A stretch of 59,258 nucleotides of DNA from an uncultured bacterium (GCA_964612675.1 CAZTDD010000026.1:1-59258), one strand, 5' to 3'. Positions 47,054-57,072 are shown, counted from the stretch's first letter. Program-made: numbers and translations. Notes: generated by a model from the letters alone, not told the origin.

Positions 47054-48250
47054 ATGTCTGAAGGGATGGAACAATTATATCAGGAACGGCTCAAGCGCTA
47101 CGTCACCGCGATGCGCAACGAGAAACCGGATCGAATTCCCATTCGACCGTTTGTGGCGGAATTTGCCGCGAAATACGCGGGATACACCTGTCAGGAAGTT
47201 ACGCACGACTATGAGAAGGCATTTGCCGCCGCGCGGAAATGTGCCGCCGATTTCGATTGGGACGCGGTGGTCGGAAACATGGTGTATGTCTGGACCGGAC
47301 TGACTCAGGCCATCGGTCTCAAATATTACGCAGCACCCGGGATTGAGATACCGGCCGAGACTGGGTTCCAATACGTCGAACCGCCTGAAGAAGAAGCATT
47401 TATGAAACCGGACGAATACGATCGTCTTATCGCCGATCCAACAGAGTTCCTATTCAACGTTTGGCTGCCCCGAGTGTCGACAGACGTTGCCGCCGAGGGA
47501 GAGCCCACATCGTACAGAAACAACCTTTCCTTCCTCAAAGGCGGCATGGCGATGCTGTCTTACTTCATGGCCTTCGGAACACAAAACGCGCGGCTCCGGT
47601 CGGAATCCGGAACCGTCCCTGCGATTGCGGGGATCTTGAAAGCACCGTTCGACATCTTGGCGGATAAGTTGAGAGGGTATATCGGTCTGTCCATGGATTT
47701 ATTCGAGCGACCCGAAAAGGTTCTTGCTGCATGCGAAGCGCTCGCCCCACACTTGACACACATCGCTCTCGCGGGGGCGGATCCCGAGAAAAACGTGCCG
47801 ATCTCCATTTGGATGCATCGCGGCTGCGTACCTTTCGTAGGGCCGGACCAGTTCAGTCGGTATTACTGGTCCACACTTAAGCCGATCATTCAGGAAATCT
47901 GGAACAACGGACATCAAGTGTTGTTCTACGCCGAAGGCGACTGGAATGCCCACTTGGAATCATTCGCCGAATTGCCCGACGCGAGTATTATCTACCATGC
48001 CGACAAGGCGGACATTTTCGAGATCCACAAAAAACTCGGACACAAATTCTGTATCAGTGGAGGAATTCCGAACACATTACTGAATTTCAACACGCCGGAT
48101 GAAGTCCGAGAACGCTGTAAAGAGGTTATTGACGGCGTGGCGAAAGACGGTGGCTATATCATGGATGCCAGCGCCATTATTCAAAACGACGCCAAAGTGG
48201 AAAATATCCAGGCGTTGACCGATTTTACACGTGAATACGGAGTATACTGA
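47054..48250 (+). CDS. uroporphyrinogen-decarboxylase (URO-D) family protein, likely a methyltransferase-like paralog
   Basis: URO-D/MtaA-like fold similarity. The ATG at 47054 has an AAGGAG RBS. Confidence 0.6.
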   Translation: MSEGMEQLYQERLKRYVTAMRNEKPDRIPIRPFVAEFAAKYAGYTCQEVTHDYEKAFAAARKCAADFDWDAVVGNMVYVWTGLTQAIGLKYYAAPGIEIPAETGFQYVEPPEEEAFMKPDEYDRLIADPTEFLFNVWLPRVSTDVAAEGEPTSYRNNLSFLKGGMAMLSYFMAFGTQNARLRSESGTVPAIAGILKAPFDILADKLRGYIGLSMDLFERPEKVLAACEALAPHLTHIALAGADPEKNVPISIWMHRGCVPFVGPDQFSRYYWSTLKPIIQEIWNNGHQVLFYAEGDWNAHLESFAELPDASIIYHADKADIFEIHKKLGHKFCISGGIPNTLLNFNTPDEVRERCKEVIDGVAKDGGYIMDASAIIQNDAKVENIQALTDFTREYGVY

Positions 48251-48760
48251 ACGAAGAACCTCGAAATGCGTTTACTGAATTATTCGGAGGAAGTGCCATA
48301 ATGAACGAAAACACCGAACAGAAACCAAAGCCGGGAATCTGTATACCATGGGAAGAAAAACTGAAAGAAATTCCCGAGATCCAAGGCGATCATGAAATCG
48401 TTAAACAAAAATGGGAAGAAAACGAGTTTTTTGCACACCTGTATGTGTGGCATTGTCTTGTCTCGTTTTAATGAGGATTTTGATTCCGTCACAAGCCCAC
48501 GCGAAACGTGGTAATCGTAGGGTCGGCTCACGGGCGTTATATCGGAACATTCCTTCCGACTCATTATCACGTAAGCCCGTAGCCCACCACTATCTGTTCG
48601 GAATTCGCACCAAGCAACCGGTTGGTGGGCTACGGGCTCCAGTAGACATTAACCGGACACCGCAGCGCGATACGACGCCCGTGAGCCCACCCTACAGCCG
48701 TCCACCAGACTTCTTGCCCCCCGTCAGATTTTGGCGGTCCCGCAAAAAGTCCGGAGCGTT

Positions 48761-48970
48761 CTTCTCCCTCTCCCTCTGGGAGAGGGCCGGGGTGAGGGAA
48801 CGTTGCATTTTCCGGTGACGTTCCATTGTACGTGACAGACCCCTGTCATCATCCAACCCCTTTGCCGCTGATTCATTTGCTGTCTCTGACGAATACACAG
48901 GCTAGTCATGATAAACGAACCCGATGCAATTAACGCCCCTCACCCTACCCCTCTCCCGGGGGGAGAGGGA
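48761..48970. repeat. inverted pair of CCCTCACCC..CCCTCTCCC-N3-5-GGGAGAGGG palindromic units flanking ~135 bp
   Basis: Units at ~48761-48797 (reverse orientation) and ~48938-48970. The same family occurs at 59093-59258. Confidence 0.6.
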
Positions 48971-49025
48971 ACTTCCGATGCCAACTTTCGACTTTTTGCG
49001 ACGGCATCAGATTCTGGCGAAAAGA

Positions 49026-49070
49026 ACGACCCCGTCCGGAATCGCAGTCCGAACGGGGTCGTTTCTTGTC
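49026..49070 (-). terminator. bidirectional intrinsic terminator downstream of the encapsulin gene
   Basis: 15-bp stem ACGACCCCGTCCGGA/TCCGAACGGGGTCGT, 7-nt loop, T-tracts on both strands. Confidence 0.65.
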
Positions 49071-49151
49071 GGTGGAGAGAAAAACAGCTGCAGCATCGAG
49101 ATTCCGATAATGCTCGCTGTCCTATCGCATCATATTTGTAAATATTCCTTT

Positions 49152-49961
49152 TTACGAACCGGCTTTCAACTGAACGACAGCCGCCGGCTCGATAACGCGG
49201 AACGTGAAACTTTCGGTTAAATACAGCTCGACTTTATCCCGATCGTGGCTCGCATATCCGATGGAAATATCCTGACCAACCGCCATTTCAAAATCGCCGC
49301 CGCGTTTCGATATTAGGACTCCGCCCTTCAAAACAGGACTCCACAAGATATCGCCCTGGGTAATGTCCTTGATGAAACGACGGATTGGGTAGCCTCGATG
49401 CATGGTTTGATCGAGACCGTGATACGGATTCGATCCGAGAACCAGGTCATACGGTCCCCCGATGCCTTTCAGGCGCATCATTTTCACGCCTTCTGCAACG
49501 ACAGAAGGGTATTTCTCGGCATCCTTGCCAAGTGGAAGCGCTTTGTGATCGCTTGATTGGAGGAGACCCTTGATGCCTGCTTTGTCAAACCCGTCATAAA
49601 GTACCGACTCTTCGAAACGGGCCAGTTTATCGGCGGAGTCCGTGACTGGTTCCAGATCGGCGTCGGCGGCACCGCGCGTAATCGAATCCAGTTCCATTTG
49701 ATCCAATGTAAACGGGATACGGGCTTCAATCAGTGGAAGGACTTCGCGAATGCCCCATGTCACTCCGTTGGTCTCGTGTTTATCGGGGATATGGAGCCGG
49801 CCTGCGTTGACCGCGCCAAGTTCCCAACCGTGCGGTCCACTGAAATCCACGATTCGCCGTGCGGAGAGTCGTGGCTTTAGTGTCCGGTTCGCTTCCTCTT
49901 CGATCTCTTTCCAAGCCTCTTCGGTAATCGGTGCTAATGAACGTCTCAGTATATCGCCCAT
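49152..49961 (-). CDS. family-1 encapsulin shell protein (linocin M18/CFP29-like)
   Basis: MGDILRRSLAPITEEAWKEIEEEA N-terminus and HK97-fold-length similarity. AAGGAG RBS. The track start at 49967 is a TTG. Confidence 0.88.
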   Translation of the reverse strand: MGDILRRSLAPITEEAWKEIEEEANRTLKPRLSARRIVDFSGPHGWELGAVNAGRLHIPDKHETNGVTWGIREVLPLIEARIPFTLDQMELDSITRGAADADLEPVTDSADKLARFEESVLYDGFDKAGIKGLLQSSDHKALPLGKDAEKYPSVVAEGVKMMRLKGIGGPYDLVLGSNPYHGLDQTMHRGYPIRRFIKDITQGDILWSPVLKGGVLISKRGGDFEMAVGQDISIGYASHDRDKVELYLTESFTFRVIEPAAVVQLKAGS

Positions 49962-49967
49962 GGTCAA

Positions 49968-50348
49968 TTACTCCTTGTCGCTCATGTTGCCAATGCCAAG
50001 ACTTTCTCCGGAAGAAGAAGTCCCAGCTTCCTGTGAGTTCTCGTTGCCTCCCTCAGCCTCTTCCTCCACCGCAGTGATGGGAGCGGAGGTGAACAGGTAT
50101 GTTCGCAGTTCCTCGTCAAACTCCGGAATTCTCCTGCGCAGCCACTCCAGAGCCATCGCCGCATGTTCAATTTCCTCGTTGCGGTTGTGAATCAGGATGT
50201 CCCTCAGCGATTCGTCGGCGGTAACATCCGCTCGCTGGTTGTACCAGTCGACCGCTTCCAATTCCTCGATCAAACTGGCCAACGCACGGTGAACGTTTTG
50301 CGCCTCCGCCGAAATGTCAGCATACGGCTCGTGATACGTTGTGCTCAT
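49968..50348 (-). CDS. encapsulated ferritin-like cargo protein with a C-terminal targeting peptide
   Basis: Ferritin-like E..H motifs (EIEHAAMALEW) and a C-terminal ...SGESLGIGNMSDKE resembling the SLGIG-type encapsulin cargo tag. AAGGAGG RBS. Confidence 0.8.
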   Translation of the reverse strand: MSTTYHEPYADISAEAQNVHRALASLIEELEAVDWYNQRADVTADESLRDILIHNRNEEIEHAAMALEWLRRRIPEFDEELRTYLFTSAPITAVEEEAEGGNENSQEAGTSSSGESLGIGNMSDKE

Positions 50349-50639
50349 TATGCAGCCTCCTTATCCATGCAATCCGAACTCGCGGGGATACGAAAACACC
50401 GAACCCGTGTGAATCTGTTAACGATAATCCACTGGTGCCAACGTTATCTACAATCTATACGATTCCGATTTTTTCAAATCGGCCCCCAGCCACATAGGAG
50501 AGCAAATCCTGTGCAGCTACTCTACTAAGAGCTATCCAGTAGGTATTCTGATGTCAAGTGGCGTGCCCTCAGCCCAAACCTTCCGTAGCGAGTGGTAAAC
50601 AAAAAAGGCGCTGGGCTTCTCTCATTCGAATTCCCTCGG

Positions 50640-51188
50640 CTAGAACAAGGCATCGTAGGTCACAATTACGAAGATCACCGCACCAATCAGTAATTTTGCC
50701 ACCATCGCCAACACATGCCCGATCATTGCCGCTCTTCCCACTTCAAAGGGCTGCTGTGCCGTACCGCCTTTCCACGACTGCCCGAAGGCGCCTCCAAGGA
50801 ATGCGCCGACTCCGCCGCCGACAAGGGCGCCGAGTATCGGCCCGAAAAAGAAAATCGGCAGCAGGATCACCGCTCCTACGGTGGCTCCTGCAAAACCGCC
50901 GACCACGGCGAGAATCGCCGCCCGTCGGCTCGCACCACTCTTGAACGCTCCTACAGGCCCCCCGCTCAATTCGATCAACTCCCCGACAGCTGCAAGTGCT
51001 GTAATCACGCCGACAGTAGCCCATCGAATTCCCAAACCGTCTTCAGCGGAGAACCCCCACGCGAAGAGTGCCGTCACAACCACCATGATCCAGTTGCCCG
51101 GAATCATCAGCAACGAGGTGCACCAGGCGGCAAAATTCAATACCAGAAGCAGCATCACCCAAAGATAGTACGTCCAACTTATGTCCAT
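50640..51188 (-). CDS. DUF456-like small membrane protein
   Basis: 4 TM helices with Gly-rich GG.VGAFLGGAFG segments. Confidence 0.45.
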   Translation of the reverse strand: MDISWTYYLWVMLLLVLNFAAWCTSLLMIPGNWIMVVVTALFAWGFSAEDGLGIRWATVGVITALAAVGELIELSGGPVGAFKSGASRRAAILAVVGGFAGATVGAVILLPIFFFGPILGALVGGGVGAFLGGAFGQSWKGGTAQQPFEVGRAAMIGHVLAMVAKLLIGAVIFVIVTYDALF

Positions 51189-51322
51189 GAAAGATCCCTA
51201 TGATGTTTGTAAGGAGTCTAAAGCTGAATAGTGTCGCTTCCAACCAACCTCCCTGTCCGCTAAGGGCGTATCATTCTATCTTGAAAAAACCAACGTTGTT
51301 TGTCCGTATGGAGTGAAAAACT

Positions 51323-53287
51323 ATGCCGTACCGATCCCGCTTTCTTTTCTTCTCTCTCGCGTTTCTGCTTGTTTCCGGTTCCTCGTTGAGCTTGTGCACA
51401 TTCGGGGCGGAGGTACCGACATATGACGCGGACACCAAGGGTGTGTACCTTCGTGAATGGCTTCTGTGCGGGCCGTTTCCCAACAGCCTCAGCACCGATG
51501 TAACCGATTACATGCACGGTGAACGATGCATTGGCTTTGAGCGGGATTACCTGGTCGGCATTGGCGGAGAACAGCACGCCGATCCCCGCCCCGGCCAGAC
51601 CGTTGAAATCGAAGATCTCAAACTAAAACATGATTGGTTCACGTTCGAGTCGGAAACCGACGAGGTCCGTTTGAACGATGTATTCTCACCCAACGATCTT
51701 GTCGTCGGGTACGCATTCTGCCATCTCCAATCGAAAAAGAAACAAAGAGTAATGTTGTCCGTCGGCAGCAACGACGGAATCAAGATATGGCTCAACGGCG
51801 AGCTGGTTCATCGTTTCCATGTGCCGCACGGACGCTGGCTGCAGAAAGATGATGACTACGTCCCGGTGGAACTGCAACAAGGCGTGAACCGTTTGCTCTT
51901 AAAGATCGACGAGGGCAGTGGAGATTTCGGTTTCGTGGTTCGTCTTCTGGATTACAAAGAGACAGTCACGAACCTTCGTACACACATGGACGAACACAAA
52001 CACCTATCGGTGATTACACGGGAAGACGAAGTCGTCGTCACATTCGGCACGCCGCACCGAATTGAAGCGCTGTCACCCGGAAACCACGTAAAGATCGATA
52101 TTGTCGATGAGACCGGTGAGATTGTCGATACACAATCGGGAACGCCCGGTTTCGAGCAAGTCTTCCCCTTGGACAAGGTCCCGGAAGGACGTTTCACAGT
52201 AAGGGCGGAATTCGCGCTATCGGACGGCGAGAAAATCGTCTCGGAAAAAGAGCATTTCAAAGGCTTACTTCCCAGACACCCACTGCCCAAGCGACTCGGT
52301 GCGGACCTCGCAATGCGGAATGCTGAAGGGAAGCCATTTTTCCCGATTGGAACGTACGGTGCCCCTGTCGATCAGTATGAGCGAATTCGCCAGGCCGGAT
52401 ACACATTTGTCGTGGGCGGCACGGGGTCGCTCGATGCCGCTGAAGCCGCAGGCTTGAAAATGGGCGTTTCAATCCATGGACACGGAGCCGATTGGCTGGA
52501 TGAAATTCGCGAGACGGTTCGGGCTCACCGCGATCATCCCGCCCTCTTATTTTGGATGCTGTTCGACGAACCCGGTTACAACAAAGCCGATTTGATGCTG
52601 ATCCACGACGCGTACAATTTGATTTATGACGAGGATCCCGTCCATCCGGTGTACCTCGTGATTACGAATCCGAAAGTCTACGAGACATTTGGACGATGCT
52701 GCGATGTTCTGGCAGTCGATACCTATCCGATTTCACGCAGCGACATATCGAAAGTCCCCGAAAACATCGCTAGGGCCTACCGTGTTTCGGACGGCGACCA
52801 ACCGGTTTGGCATTGCGGACAGCTGTTCAGCTGGCCGGCGGACCGCTACCCGACTCCTAAGGAACACCGCCTGATGACCTATTCCGCGATTCAGGCGGGA
52901 ACAAAAGCTATGCTTTGGTATACCTATTCATGGCGGGGCGATGCGTTGCCGGAAACCGTACCAGTCCTTTGGGAAGAACATCTACAAATAATGGCCGAAC
53001 TCAAAGAACTGGAACCGGTAATCGTTTATCCGGGACTCGGCGAGAATCTCGGAACCGGCCATCACTCGCTGCGAGCTACCGCAAAACGCGGCCCGGATAA
53101 TTCGCTTACGGTTTTTGCAGTGAATGTCTCGGAAGAAAAAACAGTCACATCGCGGATACAATTACCGACAACCTTTACGGGCGATATCGAAGTCCTTTTT
53201 CAAAACCGCAGTCAACACATTGAAAACGGATTATTATGCGATCGGTTTGCACCATTGGATGTGCACATCTATCGATTGAATCCTTGA
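51323..53287 (+). CDS. secreted two-domain protein: N-terminal beta-sandwich (PA14/CBM-like) + C-terminal TIM-barrel glycoside-hydrolase-like domain
   Basis: Signal peptide. FWMLFDEPGY resembles the GH NEP catalytic-acid block. Confidence 0.45.
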   Translation: MPYRSRFLFFSLAFLLVSGSSLSLCTFGAEVPTYDADTKGVYLREWLLCGPFPNSLSTDVTDYMHGERCIGFERDYLVGIGGEQHADPRPGQTVEIEDLKLKHDWFTFESETDEVRLNDVFSPNDLVVGYAFCHLQSKKKQRVMLSVGSNDGIKIWLNGELVHRFHVPHGRWLQKDDDYVPVELQQGVNRLLLKIDEGSGDFGFVVRLLDYKETVTNLRTHMDEHKHLSVITREDEVVVTFGTPHRIEALSPGNHVKIDIVDETGEIVDTQSGTPGFEQVFPLDKVPEGRFTVRAEFALSDGEKIVSEKEHFKGLLPRHPLPKRLGADLAMRNAEGKPFFPIGTYGAPVDQYERIRQAGYTFVVGGTGSLDAAEAAGLKMGVSIHGHGADWLDEIRETVRAHRDHPALLFWMLFDEPGYNKADLMLIHDAYNLIYDEDPVHPVYLVITNPKVYETFGRCCDVLAVDTYPISRSDISKVPENIARAYRVSDGDQPVWHCGQLFSWPADRYPTPKEHRLMTYSAIQAGTKAMLWYTYSWRGDALPETVPVLWEEHLQIMAELKELEPVIVYPGLGENLGTGHHSLRATAKRGPDNSLTVFAVNVSEEKTVTSRIQLPTTFTGDIEVLFQNRSQHIENGLLCDRFAPLDVHIYRLNP

Positions 53288-53393
53288 GAAGGCTGAATCG
53301 AAAGTTCTTGTAAGCATAAAGCCGAGGAAATCGGCGATTTAAAAAGAAAATGTGAGTGTTTGCATCCGGTTACTTTGCCGTCATCGGGAGCCA

Positions 53394-53535
53394 CGGACCG
53401 TCGGAGCCGGTGATTTGAGGAAGAAACCGCGGTCCCCGTTGCCGTCATGGCGAGCGAAGCGTGGCCATCTCGTTTTGTCCGATTCAACAGCGAGATTCCC
53501 ACGTCGCTTCGCTCCTCGGAATGACGGATTCGAGC
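53394..53535 (+). repeat. 142-nt nested-hairpin element, copy 2
   Basis: Same length and about 90 % identity to 18265-18406. A partial extra arm lies at ~53374-53393. Ends ~100 nt upstream of the SDR gene. Confidence 0.7.
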
Positions 53536-53637
53536 GCGTAGGGTGGGTTAGCGACGATCTGTCTGCAGACACTCCCGACGCGCACTTCAGAGGAGCGTAA
53601 CCCACCGAAACCACTTTATCGCTTAAGAAAAAAAACA

Positions 53638-54375
53638 ATGTCCGACACATCAAAAAAAGCCGTAATCATCGGCGCAACATCGGGTATCGGAAGAGCAGTC
53701 ACCGAACACCTTATCGAACAGGGGTTCTATGTAGGAATCACAGGAAGACGAGAGGAACTTCTTAAAGAGTTCTTCGCCCGCCACCCGGAACGTACCTATT
53801 TCAAGAAAATGGATGTGGGTCAACCATCGGAAGCCGTTCAATTGTTGATCGAGTTGATTGACGAGTTGGGCGGCATGGATCTGATTGTCATCAGCGCGGG
53901 TATCGGACTCCTGAATCCCAGCCTGAAATGGGCCGGCGAGAAACAGACAATCGACGTCAATGTATCCGGGTTCACCGCCCTTGCCGACACCGCGATGCTT
54001 CATTTTTTCAAGCAAGGGCACGGTCACCTGGTCGGGATCAGCTCCATCGCCGCATTCAGGGGATACGGTGACGCACCCGCTTATTACGCATCCAAAGCGT
54101 ATATGTCGAACTACCTGGATGGTCTTCGGTTCAAAGCAACGAAATCGAAAGTCCCGATTTACGTAACCGATATCAAACCCGGCCTTGTCGACACACCCAT
54201 GATCAAAGGTCAGGAGGGAATGTTTTGGGTGGCCACTACGGAGACAGCCGCCAAACAGATATTCCGCGCGATACAGAAAAAGAAGAAACGGGCATACGTC
54301 ACAAGACGTTGGCGTATCATCGCGTGGATGATGAAAATGATGCCCGATTTTCTTTACCAACGTTTTTGGCAATAA
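53638..54375 (+). CDS. SDR-family oxidoreductase
   Basis: GATSGIGRA cofactor motif and YxxxK (YYASK) catalytic motif. Confidence 0.88.
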   Translation: MSDTSKKAVIIGATSGIGRAVTEHLIEQGFYVGITGRREELLKEFFARHPERTYFKKMDVGQPSEAVQLLIELIDELGGMDLIVISAGIGLLNPSLKWAGEKQTIDVNVSGFTALADTAMLHFFKQGHGHLVGISSIAAFRGYGDAPAYYASKAYMSNYLDGLRFKATKSKVPIYVTDIKPGLVDTPMIKGQEGMFWVATTETAAKQIFRAIQKKKKRAYVTRRWRIIAWMMKMMPDFLYQRFWQ

Positions 54376-54405
54376 GAATTCCGGTCTTTTACTACGATGC
54401 GTGTT

Positions 54406-55110
54406 CTATTTGTCAAAAGGAACTTCGGAATAGACGCCAAAATCCTGGAAACACGCCCATCGGTCCGCTCCGGCTTCACCTCCGTGCGTGAACACTCCCA
54501 CCCTGGGTCGAGGGCTCATCGGAAACTCGGCCTTTCCCATCACAGTATGTTTCTCATCATCCCAAATGTGGACAGTGAGTTCTTCGTCGTTAAATTCCAT
54601 CCCCACTGAAGCGGACTTTTGAGGTCTCGGAACCTTTCCCAATACCTTTGCGGCCGCATCAACCTCAACAACGAGCACGATATTGTGTTCCTCCCCCACC
54701 CTTTCCAGAACAAGTTTGACGTAGTTGTCGTCATCGCGATACAGAATCATACCGGCCTGTTCATATTGAACCTTGTGATCGGCCGCGACATGCACCGAAA
54801 CGAATTTCGCCTCTTCTGGCAACGGCCGGACGAGTATATTCCTGACACCTCGTCCCCCACCCATCAAACTGCCCGAAGCGATCTTGATTTCCAGGCCCTT
54901 CTCGCTTGAACGATGCGCAGCGGGATCTTCCCGGATCCACTTCCACGGTTCCTTTGGAGGCTCCTGAAACGAATCAAAGAATAGCGCGTCTTCGGGCGAT
55001 ATCACGGTCTCGCTTTTCTCCTTTCCATCCGCCACGGATATCCCTGCACCCAACAATGTGGCCGCAAGAAGACAGATCATGACACGTACCGTCCTGTTCT
55101 TTTTCAGCAT
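54406..55110 (-). CDS. secreted concanavalin/LamG-like (DUF1349-like) protein
   Basis: Signal peptide. W.WIREDP and QAGMILYRDDDNYVKL blocks. Confidence 0.4.
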   Translation of the reverse strand: MLKKNRTVRVMICLLAATLLGAGISVADGKEKSETVISPEDALFFDSFQEPPKEPWKWIREDPAAHRSSEKGLEIKIASGSLMGGGRGVRNILVRPLPEEAKFVSVHVAADHKVQYEQAGMILYRDDDNYVKLVLERVGEEHNIVLVVEVDAAAKVLGKVPRPQKSASVGMEFNDEELTVHIWDDEKHTVMGKAEFPMSPRPRVGVFTHGGEAGADRWACFQDFGVYSEVPFDK

Positions 55111-55420
55111 GATTCGGCTCCTTCAACACTACAGGATTCGTCTGTCGCTCGTTTGAATTGTAATGGCGGATCGCCGGAGAGCAACCGCTCTGCCCTGAGC
55201 GTGCCATGAGAACGATAGCAGGAGGTCTGCCCGTGGATCAAAGGCTTTTGAGAATCTGCTGAGACTACCGTGGAGAGCGGCGAGCGATCCGATCCGGACC
55301 GGAGAAACTCGCAGTTGACATAAAACGAATTCGTGCAACGATTGCGGACCGAACAAACCGGAAGACTGAATGCTGTTTTTCAGGACGCAGACAATACAAT
55401 CCTATCCGAGGAGTCGTCAC

Positions 55421-55585
55421 CATGAGGCAAATGACCAGACGAGATTTCATTCGAGAAACCGGATTGGGAGCGGCCGGATTGAGTGTGACTCGCTGGACCC
55501 GGAGAAAGTGAACGAACTTGAACGGATGTGGCTGGATTGGGCACATCGGGCCAATGTTTTGCCCTGGCCGTGGGATAAAGAATAG
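55421..55585 (+). pseudogene. gene remnant: intact RBS + Tat signal (MRQMTRRDFIRETGLGAAGL) that stops after 29 codons, then an out-of-frame C-terminal tail (...MWLDWAHRANVLPWPWDKE)
   Basis: GAGGAG RBS 9 nt before the ATG at 55421. Twin-arginine motif. No mature domain follows, so an internal deletion is implied. Confidence 0.45.
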
Positions 55586-55851
55586 GGGAAACGTGACATA
55601 CATATGCCGGCATCGCGGCTCCGAAAGACGCAATGCCGGCCGACTTGGCGTGTTAGCCGTGAGATCGAATGTCGCGTGCAAGTATCTCACGCGAGAACCG
55701 GGTTTGCGGTATCGGAAGGACGATACATGGCCAATCCCAGCTGATCGCCGGTGTGGTGTGAAATGAGGATTAAATCGTTAGCGGCATCGTAGTCGACACA
55801 CTTGTTACGTCGGAATCCAGCAAACGTACGTCTATGGAATAACAAGCAGAA

Positions 55852-57072
55852 TTACAGGGAATATTGCGGTATCTTCATCGTTTCACCGTCCTTCATCGAG
55901 GACAGGTGCGCATAATAGCCGGGAACCGTCATGTTCAGTGCGTCGATGACATCCACCCTCGGTTTCCGACCGCGCAGAATGGCGTCGATGAAGTCGTCAC
56001 CGAGGTATCCATGAGAACCGCCGTGTCCCCCGGGGCGGACTCCCGGCGGTAAGGGGTACTTCTTCATCTTCAGGCCACCTTTGATGGCCTCGTCGTAACG
56101 TTTTCTGCCGGTTTTGTCACCGGTAAACGTTTTGTTGAATCCGGCATATTCGCCTCTGATCCGTCCCGCTTCGAGATACTCCCCCTGCGAGTGGCATATG
56201 ATCATCCGAGAAAGCCCTCCTTCCGCGGTACGGAACAGGCCGACCTCCGAATCAAATATGTTTCCGATCGCGTTGGGAACCTGCAACTCCTTGTCAAAAT
56301 GAGGAGTGCCCAGACAGGAGACCTCAAGCAAGGGTTTGTGCGTAATACCAACATAGTAGGCCGTCGCGTGAGTCGGATACCACATCGGGCATCCCTTCTT
56401 TCGCCAGTCCTTGTAGGAACCCAGCGCAGGCGCCCCAATCGAATGCGGATGACAATATTCCCCCTCGGAATAGACGAGACGGCCAAACACTCCGGCGGCA
56501 TAGAGTTTTTCCATCGCAAAGAGATCGTCATGAAAACACGATGTTTCGAACATCGCGTACACCAGTCCTTTGTTCTTCTTGCAGCAGTCGAGGAGCCTGT
56601 CGGCATCTTCGATATCGCCACGGAACGCAGGAACCGCGGTCGCGACGTGCTTGCCGTGTTCCATGCACAGGATCGCGTGTTTGGCGTGGGATGGCGCGTC
56701 CGTGGCGCAATAGATGGCCTCGATGGAATCGTCTTTGACCATCTCCTCCAGCGATGGGTACGTCTTCTCGCATTTCGCCTTTCGAGCCATGTCGGCACAA
56801 CGGTCCGGGAACAGATCGCTGACCGCAACCAGTTCGACGTTGGGATGATGCTGGAGATCGAATTGCAGACCGAATTGGCAAACGCCGTGGCCGACAATTC
56901 CGAGCCGGACTTTGCGGTCGGTAAACGGCTCCCAGACTTGGTCTTTGTCAACGTCGGTTCCCGTCTGGTCAAAACCGGGAATATCTTCGGTAGCCCGAGC
57001 GGAACAAAGCATGGAACTTCCCGATGCAGCGGCGGAAACGGATAAAAACGTTCTACGTGAGAGTTTCGACAT
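55852..57072 (-). CDS. Tat-exported Gfo/Idh/MocA-family oxidoreductase (second paralog)
   Basis: SRRTFLSVSAAASGSS Tat signal. VRLGIVGHG Rossmann block. Confidence 0.85.
   Translation of the reverse strand: MSKLSRRTFLSVSAAASGSSMLCSARATEDIPGFDQTGTDVDKDQVWEPFTDRKVRLGIVGHGVCQFGLQFDLQHHPNVELVAVSDLFPDRCADMARKAKCEKTYPSLEEMVKDDSIEAIYCATDAPSHAKHAILCMEHGKHVATAVPAFRGDIEDADRLLDCCKKNKGLVYAMFETSCFHDDLFAMEKLYAAGVFGRLVYSEGEYCHPHSIGAPALGSYKDWRKKGCPMWYPTHATAYYVGITHKPLLEVSCLGTPHFDKELQVPNAIGNIFDSEVGLFRTAEGGLSRMIICHSQGEYLEAGRIRGEYAGFNKTFTGDKTGRKRYDEAIKGGLKMKKYPLPPGVRPGGHGGSHGYLGDDFIDAILRGRKPRVDVIDALNMTVPGYYAHLSSMKDGETMKIPQYSL

Noticed and set aside
50558-50944. 128-aa plus-strand ORF between the EncFtn and DUF456 genes
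   Set aside because: It overlaps the DUF456 gene on the other strand and has an Arg-rich low-complexity translation. The real intergenic part carries the EncFtn promoter and RBS.
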